35,658 bases of DNA from an uncultured Bacteroidales bacterium. GTDB taxonomy: Bacteria; Bacteroidota; Bacteroidia; Bacteroidales; JAIOZK01. The position numbers were made by a program, and so were the translations under genes. Positions within the stretch are counted from its first letter, which is position 1; each line of letters starts with the position of its first letter. Below the pieces are notes generated by a model. It made no database searches, was not told the DNA's origin, and worked only from the letters and a program-made list of their open reading frames with translations. Shown piece after piece: positions 9,195-16,812 of the stretch. The stretch covers positions 1 to 35,658 of the forward strand of contig CAZTAW010000003.1 of NCBI GenBank assembly GCA_964611705.1. The letters run 5' to 3'.

Positions 9195-9200
9195 TTGATA

Positions 9201-9228
9201 AGGCTACCCGGATGGGTAGCCTTTTTTT
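9201..9228 (+). terminator. Intrinsic terminator after tRNA-Ser
   Basis: AGGCTACCC-GGAT-GGGTAGCCT stem followed by a T-run. Confidence 0.9.
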
Positions 9229-9815
9229 ATATCTCTTTAAAATACAATTTAAAGCATTGCTTACATATTTTTAATAATTTTTATCAGAACCTTAAAAAAA
9301 TTAGTCGTAAATAGTACGACTCCAAAAAAAGCTAACGCCTATACTTTTAACTTTGATTTTACCAAATCACTTATAAATTTAAGCACCTCAAACATATTAA
9401 ATTTGATTTTTTTTATTTTTGTTATAAATAAGGGAATATATGATATAGTTTTGTTTAATAATTTTGATACAAATGCATTAATGTATTTGAATACATATTT
9501 TCAAGTAGATAGACACTGTTTTTAAAATCCAAATAGGGTTATTCCCCTCCGTTCAACAAATTTCTCCAAATTTCCAGGTTACCTTTTCTTATTTTTAAGA
9601 ATTAATCAGTACAAACCCAAACATTCATTACCATGATTTTTATACTCGGAAAAAACAGGTTTATATTAGCAATCCGATATAGTTCATTTTGAAGCAGTTT
9701 TTCTTTTCTAATCAAAAAAATAATTCGATATTTGCACCCCAAAATAAAAGGGCAGCTTGTCTGCCGAAGAAAGAAAGTTAGAAGTAAACGAAATCAGGAA
9801 TTAAAACATTGAACA

Positions 9816-10652
9816 ATGCCTTCAAAAATCAGATTACAAAGACGTGGTAAAAAAGGAAGACCTTATTACCACATTATTATTGCGGATGGTCGTGCACCAC
9901 GAGACGGAAGATTTATTGAAAAGATTGGCATTTACAATCCAATCACAAGTCCCGCGGAAATTGATCTGGATTTCGACAAAGCCATTGAATGGCTCACCAA
10001 GGGTGCGCAGCCTACCGAAACTGTCAGATCAATTTTATCATTCAAAGGTGTTCTTTTCAAAAATCATCTTTTAAAAGGAGTGAAAAAAGGAGCGCTGACA
10101 GAGGAGCAGGCGGAAGCAAAATTCCAGGCCTGGCTCAAAGAAAAAGAGGAAAAGATTCAAAAACGAATTAAAGAAAGTGAAGAAAAACAGAGAGGCGATC
10201 GCAAGAAAAGACTTGAAGAAGAGATCAAGGTAAATCAGGCAAGAGCAGAAGAGATAGAGAAGAAAAGAGCTGAGGAAATTGAAAAACAAGTGAAAGAAGC
10301 TCAGGAAAAAGAAGAAGAGGAAACAAAGGAAACTGAAGCAAAAGAAAAGGCAGAAAAAGCCAAACCTGAATCAGCACCTGAGACTAAAGAAAAAGAGCAG
10401 CCTAAAGAAGAAAAGAGAGAAGAACACAAGGAAGAGAAGAAAGAGGAACTTAAAGAAGAGAAAAAGGAAGAACCTAAAACTGAAAAGAAAGAAGAGCAGC
10501 CTAAAGAAGAAAAGAAAGAAGAACCTAAGGCTGAGAAGAAAGACGAACCTAAAGAAGAGAAAAAGGAAGAACCTAAAACTGAAAAGAAAGAAGAGCAGCC
10601 GAAAGAAGAAAAGAAAGAAGCTGCTTCGGGTGACAAAACGGATAAAAAGTAA
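9816..10652 (+). CDS. rpsP: 30S ribosomal protein S16 with a long Lys/Glu-rich C-terminal extension
   Basis: KIRLQR.G.K..PYY.I..AD.RAPRDG.FIE.IG.YNP, WL..GAQPT.TV; upstream of rimM. Confidence 0.97.
   Translation: MPSKIRLQRRGKKGRPYYHIIIADGRAPRDGRFIEKIGIYNPITSPAEIDLDFDKAIEWLTKGAQPTETVRSILSFKGVLFKNHLLKGVKKGALTEEQAEAKFQAWLKEKEEKIQKRIKESEEKQRGDRKKRLEEEIKVNQARAEEIEKKRAEEIEKQVKEAQEKEEEETKETEAKEKAEKAKPESAPETKEKEQPKEEKREEHKEEKKEELKEEKKEEPKTEKKEEQPKEEKKEEPKAEKKDEPKEEKKEEPKTEKKEEQPKEEKKEAASGDKTDKK
10451..10620 (+). repeat. 71-bp direct repeat (99-bp period) within the rpsP tail
   Basis: 10451-10521 and 10550-10620 are identical except at one base (10502 T vs 10601 G); embedded in ~24-bp units encoding PKEEKKEE. 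Confidence 0.9.
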
Positions 10653-10670
10653 AAATCTCAAACTGCGATC

Positions 10671-10705
10671 AAAAAAGGCTGGAGTTATTTCTTCAGCCTT
10701 TTTTT
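10671..10705 (+). terminator. Intrinsic, potentially bidirectional, terminator after rpsP
   Basis: AAAAAAGGCTGGAG-TTATTT-CTTCAGCCTTTTTT. Confidence 0.8.
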
Positions 10706-10727
10706 ATTTTTGCTGTATAAACCGGTT

Positions 10728-11249
10728 ATGAAAAAGGAAGATTTTTTTTATTTTGGTCGCATTACCAAACAACTGGGCGCAACAGCCAAATTCCATGCTG
10801 TTATTGATGCCGACGACCCGCAACAATACCGGGAACTTCCTGCTGTTTTGCTATTGATCAACAATACACACATTCCTTTTTCGATCGAAAATATCGAATT
10901 TTTGGAAAATCAGGCCTTAATTACACTTGACGAAACTCCCGACCCGGACATCGTTGAGCTTATTACCGGAACAGAAATATACCTGCCCATTGAACTGCTT
11001 CCCAAACTCAGCGGAAATAAATTTTATTTTCATGAAATAAAAGGTTTTACCATCATTGATAAGAAACACGGTGAGCTTGGAAAAATTAAAGATGTAATGG
11101 AAATGCCCCAACAAGACCTTTTCCAGGTATTTTATCATGGGAAAGAAGTACTAATACCGGTTACTGATGAAGTGATTCAAAAAGTTGACCGGCAAGAAAA
11201 ACAGATCATTGTAAAAATGCCTGAAGGATTAATTGATATTTATCGCTAA
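10728..11249 (+). CDS. rimM: Ribosome maturation factor RimM
   Basis: G.I.K..G, FYFHEI.GF, E.LIP.....I..VD...K.I....PEGLI motifs; ATG at 10728 preferred over the listed TTG at 10710. Confidence 0.93.
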   Translation: MKKEDFFYFGRITKQLGATAKFHAVIDADDPQQYRELPAVLLLINNTHIPFSIENIEFLENQALITLDETPDPDIVELITGTEIYLPIELLPKLSGNKFYFHEIKGFTIIDKKHGELGKIKDVMEMPQQDLFQVFYHGKEVLIPVTDEVIQKVDRQEKQIIVKMPEGLIDIYR

Positions 11250-11953
11250 TGCCTTTCAGATTTAAAAAATTTGAGATAGACGATACGGATTGCACAATGA
11301 AAGTCGGTACGGATGCCGTGTTGCTTGGTGCATGGGTGTATTACAAAAACCCCCGGCACATCCTGGATATCGGTAGCGGATGCGGGATTATCGCACTGAT
11401 GATGGCCCAAAAATTCAGCATGGCCAGGATCAATGCAGTAGAAATTGATGAGATGTCCTGTATCCGAGCCAGGAAAAATGCAAACCATTCACCCTGGCCG
11501 GAGCAAATTCAGATGATCCATTCATCCCTTCAGGAATACCTGAATAAGAATTCGCCGAAATATGATCTTGTTGTCAGCAATCCCCCTTTCTTTAGCAAAT
11601 CTCTTTTACCGGAGAACAAAAAATACGTTTTTGCCAAGCACACAAAAAAACTTGATTATGCCACGCTTTTACATGCTGTAAAATGTTTGCTTACGCCATC
11701 AGGTGCCTGTTTTGTGATCATCCCCTATGAAGCAATATCTGTATTTAATAAAGAAGTTTATATGGCACAACTATTTTACAACAATGATCTGATCATTTTT
11801 CCTAAACCTGGTAAACCTGCCAACAGGGCCATCCTGAAAATAACGAAATCAAAAATTCCGACCGACACAAAAAAGCTGCTTATCAGGAACAGTAAAAACA
11901 CTTACACTGCTGATTACAAGGAACTAACGAAGGATTTTTACCTGCATTTCTAA
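11249..11953 (+). CDS. yfiC: tRNA1(Val) adenine(37)-N6 methyltransferase (TrmN6/YfiC)
   Basis: FRFK.F, MKVGTDAVLLGAW, LDIGSGCG, SNPPFF motifs. Confidence 0.9.
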   Translation: MPFRFKKFEIDDTDCTMKVGTDAVLLGAWVYYKNPRHILDIGSGCGIIALMMAQKFSMARINAVEIDEMSCIRARKNANHSPWPEQIQMIHSSLQEYLNKNSPKYDLVVSNPPFFSKSLLPENKKYVFAKHTKKLDYATLLHAVKCLLTPSGACFVIIPYEAISVFNKEVYMAQLFYNNDLIIFPKPGKPANRAILKITKSKIPTDTKKLLIRNSKNTYTADYKELTKDFYLHF

Positions 11954-12037
11954 AAATTATTTTTTAATTATCCAATTTATATTGTAATATTAAAGCATTA
12001 CCTGTATTTTTGGTAATCTTTTGAAAAAAGCAAAACC

Positions 12038-12850
12038 ATGATCAACACGAGAAAAACAAGATTTCACGTTTTTATTTTATTCCAGCTATTTATACCGGTT
12101 ATTTTGTTCGGATGCCTCGGTAATGAAGTTCAGCGTCCGCTTAAAATTGCTGTTTCCAAAGCTGGACCCGGAGACCATTATGGAAAATATGCCCAATGGC
12201 TTCAAATACAGGACACCACCCTTAAAATCATAAACTGTTTTGATCTGCCGCATAATTCAGCAATACAGGTGCTTGAATATTGCGACGGACTGTTGCTTAC
12301 CGGCGGCCCGGATGTACACCCCGATTTTTACGGTGGCGAACTGAAAAAGGATGTTCCTTTTACAATTGATCTGCGCCGCGACAGTCTTGAATTCATGTTA
12401 ATTGAAAAAGCTCTGGAATTAAACCTTCCGGTGCTGGCTATTTGCCGTGGATTGCAGATCATGAATGTTTCTCAGGGCGGAACCCTTATCTTCGACATAC
12501 CCACAGAAACAGAAAACAAAGTTTTTCACAGATGCCCCGACAAAAACAATTGTTACCATCAGATAAATATTGATACAACATCATTGCTTTACGAAACTAT
12601 CAGTATGGAGATAGGATTTGTAAATTCGAACCACCATCAGGGAATCAAAAAGCTGGCTGGTGTATTCAAAGCCTCAGCACGGACCGAAGACGGATTGATT
12701 GAAGCCATAGAATGGAAAGATAAAAAAAATAAATCATTTTTTATTGGTGTGCAATGGCATCCCGAGAGGCTGGATGAATCCAATCCCTTCTCACTTCCGG
12801 TTGCGCTTTATTTCCTCAAATCAGCAGAAATTTATAATCTAAACAAATAA
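12038..12850 (+). CDS. Peptidase C26 / gamma-glutamyl hydrolase family (PuuD-like), predicted lipoprotein
   Basis: LLLTGGPDV.P, RD..E, ICRG.Q, VNS.HHQ, GVQWHPE; N-terminal signal ending in LFGC; TATTTTTG at 12005-12012. Confidence 0.88.
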   Translation: MINTRKTRFHVFILFQLFIPVILFGCLGNEVQRPLKIAVSKAGPGDHYGKYAQWLQIQDTTLKIINCFDLPHNSAIQVLEYCDGLLLTGGPDVHPDFYGGELKKDVPFTIDLRRDSLEFMLIEKALELNLPVLAICRGLQIMNVSQGGTLIFDIPTETENKVFHRCPDKNNCYHQINIDTTSLLYETISMEIGFVNSNHHQGIKKLAGVFKASARTEDGLIEAIEWKDKKNKSFFIGVQWHPERLDESNPFSLPVALYFLKSAEIYNLNK

Positions 12851-12869
12851 TCAGCAATCCGAACCAACA

Positions 12870-13448
12870 ATGCCAATGAACGAAAAATCCAAATTCCTTA
12901 TCAGGAACCTTTCAAAAGGTCTTTTGTGGCTTGTTATTATTGTTGCTGTTTCGTTGTACCTGCTAAACCTTGTTGATGATGTCAATTATCAGCAATATCT
13001 CGAACAGATATACGACCGTCCGTTTATTGTCTTCCTCATTTTTATGTGCTCTGAAGTTGTTTTTGGCATTATTCCGCCGGAGATGTTCATGCTGGTAAGC
13101 GCCCAGCACGACAAGATCATGTTTTATGTGATCAGTATTGTCATCTTCTCTATACTGTCTTATATTGCCGGGGTAATTGGATTTTTCATCGGAAGATACC
13201 TGCATAATACGGCTTTTTTCAGATACCTCTACCGTACTTTTCTGCACAAATACACCGAGCAATTAAAAAAATTCGGAGGATTTCTTATCATTGTTGCATC
13301 CCTCACCCCCCTGCCCTTTTCAGCCATAGCTATGCTGATGGGAGCCGTACAATACAGCCGCAACCAGTATTTACTTTATTCCACAGCCAGATTCCTGCGC
13401 TATATCGTTTATTCAATATTGATCTGGCATACGAATATTTTTGCGTAA
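12870..13448 (+). CDS. YqaA/DedA (VTT) family membrane protein
   Basis: Hydrophobic; SE...G.IPPE, LTPLPF, RF.RY motifs. Confidence 0.78.
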   Translation: MPMNEKSKFLIRNLSKGLLWLVIIVAVSLYLLNLVDDVNYQQYLEQIYDRPFIVFLIFMCSEVVFGIIPPEMFMLVSAQHDKIMFYVISIVIFSILSYIAGVIGFFIGRYLHNTAFFRYLYRTFLHKYTEQLKKFGGFLIIVASLTPLPFSAIAMLMGAVQYSRNQYLLYSTARFLRYIVYSILIWHTNIFA

Positions 13449-13574
13449 AAAGGGGATTTCACTTGTAATTTGATTTGATATATTGTTAAACCAGCTAAGG
13501 AATATTTTCGCATGATATAAAATCTATCCTTATCGTCAAATAATTCACTTACTAAAGCAATTTTAAAAAAATCT

Positions 13575-14141
13575 CTACTTATTCTGGTTATACTCCTTCA
13601 AAAATGCCTTCCATTTATCTCCTTCAAAAGTGGTGTCGAGATGAACATTTTCGCCCAGGAAAAGGATGATGGGTGCAAAACGGTCAACTGCCATGTAACC
13701 GCTTAAGGCAGTAAACGGTTTGTTGTTTTCATCCAGCACTACATAAGAAGGATAAGACATTTTGCCCCGCAGTAAGGCAATAGCAAGTTGATGGGATGAT
13801 CTTTTGCGGGAAGGCTGAGGATTTACATAAGCAGTTCCCCTGTAATTGATGGTGTCTTTGGTTTCGGCATTCAGTTTTACCGCATAGAATTTTTCGTTCA
13901 TGTATCGGGCAATTTCAGGATCGGCAAAAGTACTTTTATCCATGCGTTTGCACCATCCGCACCAGTCTGTGTAAACATCAATGAATATTTTACGGGAATT
14001 CTCTTTGTTCAATGCAATGGCATCTTCAAAACTACGCCATTTTATTTTTTCATCACTATCTTGCGAAAACATTGCCGGCATGCTGCCGGACAAAAAAATA
14101 GTTGTAATTACAATTCTTAGAAAATAAGTCCTCATATACAC
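13575..14141 (-). CDS. Exported thioredoxin-family protein (DUF255-like)
   Basis: Signal peptide; IDVYTDWCGWCKRMD and cis-Pro SYP motif. Confidence 0.88.
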   Translation of the reverse strand: MYMRTYFLRIVITTIFLSGSMPAMFSQDSDEKIKWRSFEDAIALNKENSRKIFIDVYTDWCGWCKRMDKSTFADPEIARYMNEKFYAVKLNAETKDTINYRGTAYVNPQPSRKRSSHQLAIALLRGKMSYPSYVVLDENNKPFTALSGYMAVDRFAPIILFLGENVHLDTTFEGDKWKAFLKEYNQNK

Positions 14142-14200
14142 AACCTTTTATATATAACCATAGATGGAAGTTTATATTGTTAAAAATTATCTGGATGTTA

Positions 14201-14650
14201 TCAGGTAAGTGTTCTTTCAACATCCCGTTTGATGTCTTTCTTTTTGATGCTTTCGCGTTTATCGTAAAAATGTTTTCCTTTGGCCAAGGCGATTTCCAGC
14301 TTGGCAAGGCCTTTTTCATTAATAAACATCAAAGTGGGAATAATGGTCAATCCTTTTTCAGTTACTTTGGTATGAAGCTTCTTTAATTCGCGGGCGGTAA
14401 GCAGAAGCTTTCTGTCGCGCTTGGGTTCGTGGTTATAAATGGTTCCCATTATGTATTCTGCAATGTGCATATCCCTTACATAAAGTTCGCCTTCTTCAAA
14501 CACGCAAAACGATTCGGCCAGGCTAACTTTTCCTTCACGTATGGATTTTATCTCAGTGCCCTGTAATTGTATTCCGGCCACAAAACGCTCAATCAGAAAA
14601 TACTGATAAGATGCCTTTTTGTTTTTTATTTTGATGTTGTTTTTCTGCAT
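14201..14650 (-). CDS. smpB: SsrA-binding protein SmpB
   Basis: NKKA, AGI.L.GTEIKSIR, R.RKLLL, GK..YDKRE; -7 element TATTTTTG at 14658-14665 (-). Confidence 0.97.
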   Translation of the reverse strand: MQKNNIKIKNKKASYQYFLIERFVAGIQLQGTEIKSIREGKVSLAESFCVFEEGELYVRDMHIAEYIMGTIYNHEPKRDRKLLLTARELKKLHTKVTEKGLTIIPTLMFINEKGLAKLEIALAKGKHFYDKRESIKKKDIKRDVERTLT

Positions 14651-14807
14651 AGAAATGCAAAAATAAAGGAATTAAATGGAAATCAATCAACAATAGAACG
14701 AATTTACACAGGAGTATTTCGAGGCTCTCTATAAAGTCAATAATTTAAACATAGCTATAAGATATCTCGCTTCGCTCGATATAACACGATGTTTTGTTAA
14801 CAGATTT

Positions 14808-15782
14808 TTATTCAGAGATTGTCTCTTCAATCACCATTGCGAAAAGTTCCCCAATTGAAATGCCCATATCTTCGGCTTGCTGGGGAACTATACTGGCGGC
14901 AGATAAACCAGGTACGGTATTAACCTCCAGGAAATACATGCCGTTTTCATTAAAGATATAATCAAAGCGGACAATTCCCTTGCAGTTTAACTTATTATAA
15001 AGAAAAGCCGACAAGGTTTTACATTCCTTCTCCTTTTCAACAGAAATTCTGGCCGGTGTGATCTCATCAGCCATGCCATTGTATTTGGCTTCGTAATCGA
15101 AGAATTCCTTTTTGCTTACAATTTCTGTAACAGGCAAAACAATTAGTTTTCCCTTATGCCTGAATATACCACATGTGATCTCGGTTCCTTCTATGAATTC
15201 TTCAACCAGTATCTCATTATCTTCATGAAATGCACTCTGAAAAGCTCTCTCAAGCTGTGATTCTTCAGTTACTTTTGTAATTCCAACACTGGAGCCTCCC
15301 TTGTTGGGCTTCACAAAACAGGGCAAACCGATCTCTTGCATTACTTTTTCTGCAAGGCCCCTTCCATTGCTTTTAAAAAAAAGCGTTTGCGGTTGTGTAA
15401 CACCATATTGCTGAACAACCCCCTTACAAACATTTTTATCGAATGTAAAAGCCGAAACAATCCAGTCGGATGTTGTGTATGGAACAGCAAGCATCTCGAA
15501 ATAGCCCTGCAATTTACCATCTTCACCGGGCGTGCCGTGGATGGCAATAAAAACACAATCAAAAATTATTTTTTTACCGGCGATATTGATCGAAAAATCA
15601 TTTTTATCAACGGAAATATTTTCACCCTGATAGTTGCAATTCCATTCTTTTCTCTTCATAATGATCAGGTAAACATCATAAACAGCTTTATCAAGATTTT
15701 TATAAACCACATTGGCGCTGTTTATCGAAACCTCATATTCACCTGAATCACCGCCTGCAACAATGGCAATTTTTTTCCTCAT
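14808..15782 (-). CDS. ddl: D-alanine--D-alanine ligase
   Basis: GG.SGE.EVS..S, HGTPGEDG..QG, FVKP..GGSSVG, FDYEAKY, EVNTVPG. Confidence 0.96.
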   Translation of the reverse strand: MRKKIAIVAGGDSGEYEVSINSANVVYKNLDKAVYDVYLIIMKRKEWNCNYQGENISVDKNDFSINIAGKKIIFDCVFIAIHGTPGEDGKLQGYFEMLAVPYTTSDWIVSAFTFDKNVCKGVVQQYGVTQPQTLFFKSNGRGLAEKVMQEIGLPCFVKPNKGGSSVGITKVTEESQLERAFQSAFHEDNEILVEEFIEGTEITCGIFRHKGKLIVLPVTEIVSKKEFFDYEAKYNGMADEITPARISVEKEKECKTLSAFLYNKLNCKGIVRFDYIFNENGMYFLEVNTVPGLSAASIVPQQAEDMGISIGELFAMVIEETISE

Positions 15783-15936
15783 ATCTGACTGAATTTACAC
15801 AACATCAATTGTTTCCGGTTGTAGTTATTTATCTTATATTTGCCGGTAAAAGGGCAATAATCAGCCCCGTTTAAAGTTATTATGAAAATTATTTTCACCC
15901 AAAAATAAACGACCGGGCGGGCTAAAAATACAAAAA

Positions 15937-16812
15937 ATGGGATTCTTTTATTTTCTCAGGAGAAAAAAATTTTACATCCATGTCGGGATTGCAATTGTGC
16001 TAACATTCTTTTTGCTATGGCTAAGCTTTCAGGTTTTGAAACTTTATACACGACATGGGGACACCATTTCCATTCAGGATTTCAACGGAATGACGCTTGA
16101 GGAAATCAAAGCCGAAGGCCTGGATAAACATTTCAACTTTGTTGTGGAAGATTCAGTGTATGATCCTACCAAGGACAAAGGAATTATTATTCAGCAAAAT
16201 CCTTTACCATTCAGTAAAGTAAAAAAAGGCAGGAAAGTTTATCTTACCATTGTTGCTAAAAACCCGGAAAAAATCAGCATGCCTGATCTGACTGACCTCA
16301 GCCTGCGTCAGGCGCTTGTTATTCTTGAATCCTCAGGATTAAGGGTGGATTCACTGGAATATATAACCCATTTTGCAGAAAATGCCATACTGGGCCAGAT
16401 GTTTAAAAATAAAGAAATTGAACCCGGAACACTGATAGAAAAAGGATCAAAGATCAAGCTTGTGATCGGGAGCGGGTATTCACAAAAAAAACTGCCCATT
16501 CCTTTCCTGATAGGCAAAAAACAAAAAGCCGCGATCAAGTTGATCCACAGGGCTTCGTTCAATATCGGTAATGAATACTTTCTTGACGGAAGGGATACCG
16601 CAACAGCAAGGATATATCAGCAGGAACCTTCATGGGACAGCGACACCATCCTTCAACATGGCAACTACATAGATGTCTGGTACCGCTCGGAAGAATTATT
16701 CGATTTTGATGAATATATCCTGAGCCTGTTCCCGGATACAACAAGGGTGGATACTATTTTAACAGATTCTATCAGAAATGAGATCATTGATAAAATCAAT
16801 AATCAGGAATGA
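15937..16812 (+). CDS. PASTA domain-containing membrane-anchored protein
   Basis: N-terminal TM, YT.HG motif and three PASTA-like repeats (Q.P....VK.G..V.L); -7 element TATATTTG at 15835-15842. Confidence 0.88.
   Translation: MGFFYFLRRKKFYIHVGIAIVLTFFLLWLSFQVLKLYTRHGDTISIQDFNGMTLEEIKAEGLDKHFNFVVEDSVYDPTKDKGIIIQQNPLPFSKVKKGRKVYLTIVAKNPEKISMPDLTDLSLRQALVILESSGLRVDSLEYITHFAENAILGQMFKNKEIEPGTLIEKGSKIKLVIGSGYSQKKLPIPFLIGKKQKAAIKLIHRASFNIGNEYFLDGRDTATARIYQQEPSWDSDTILQHGNYIDVWYRSEELFDFDEYILSLFPDTTRVDTILTDSIRNEIIDKINNQE

Noticed and set aside
9047-9314. Two short plus-strand ORFs (75 and 66 aa)
   Set aside because: They run through tRNA-Ser and its terminator; shadow ORFs.
9195-9815. Possible genomic island integrated at tRNA-Ser
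   Set aside because: No integrase, no duplicated tRNA 3' end seen in the window, and core genes on both sides.
10380-10620. Repeat array as a possible CRISPR
   Set aside because: Coding, in frame, no unique spacers and no cas genes.
10071-10661. Ser/Phe-rich and Phe/Leu-rich minus-strand ORFs
   Set aside because: Antisense read-out of the purine-rich rpsP repeat tail.
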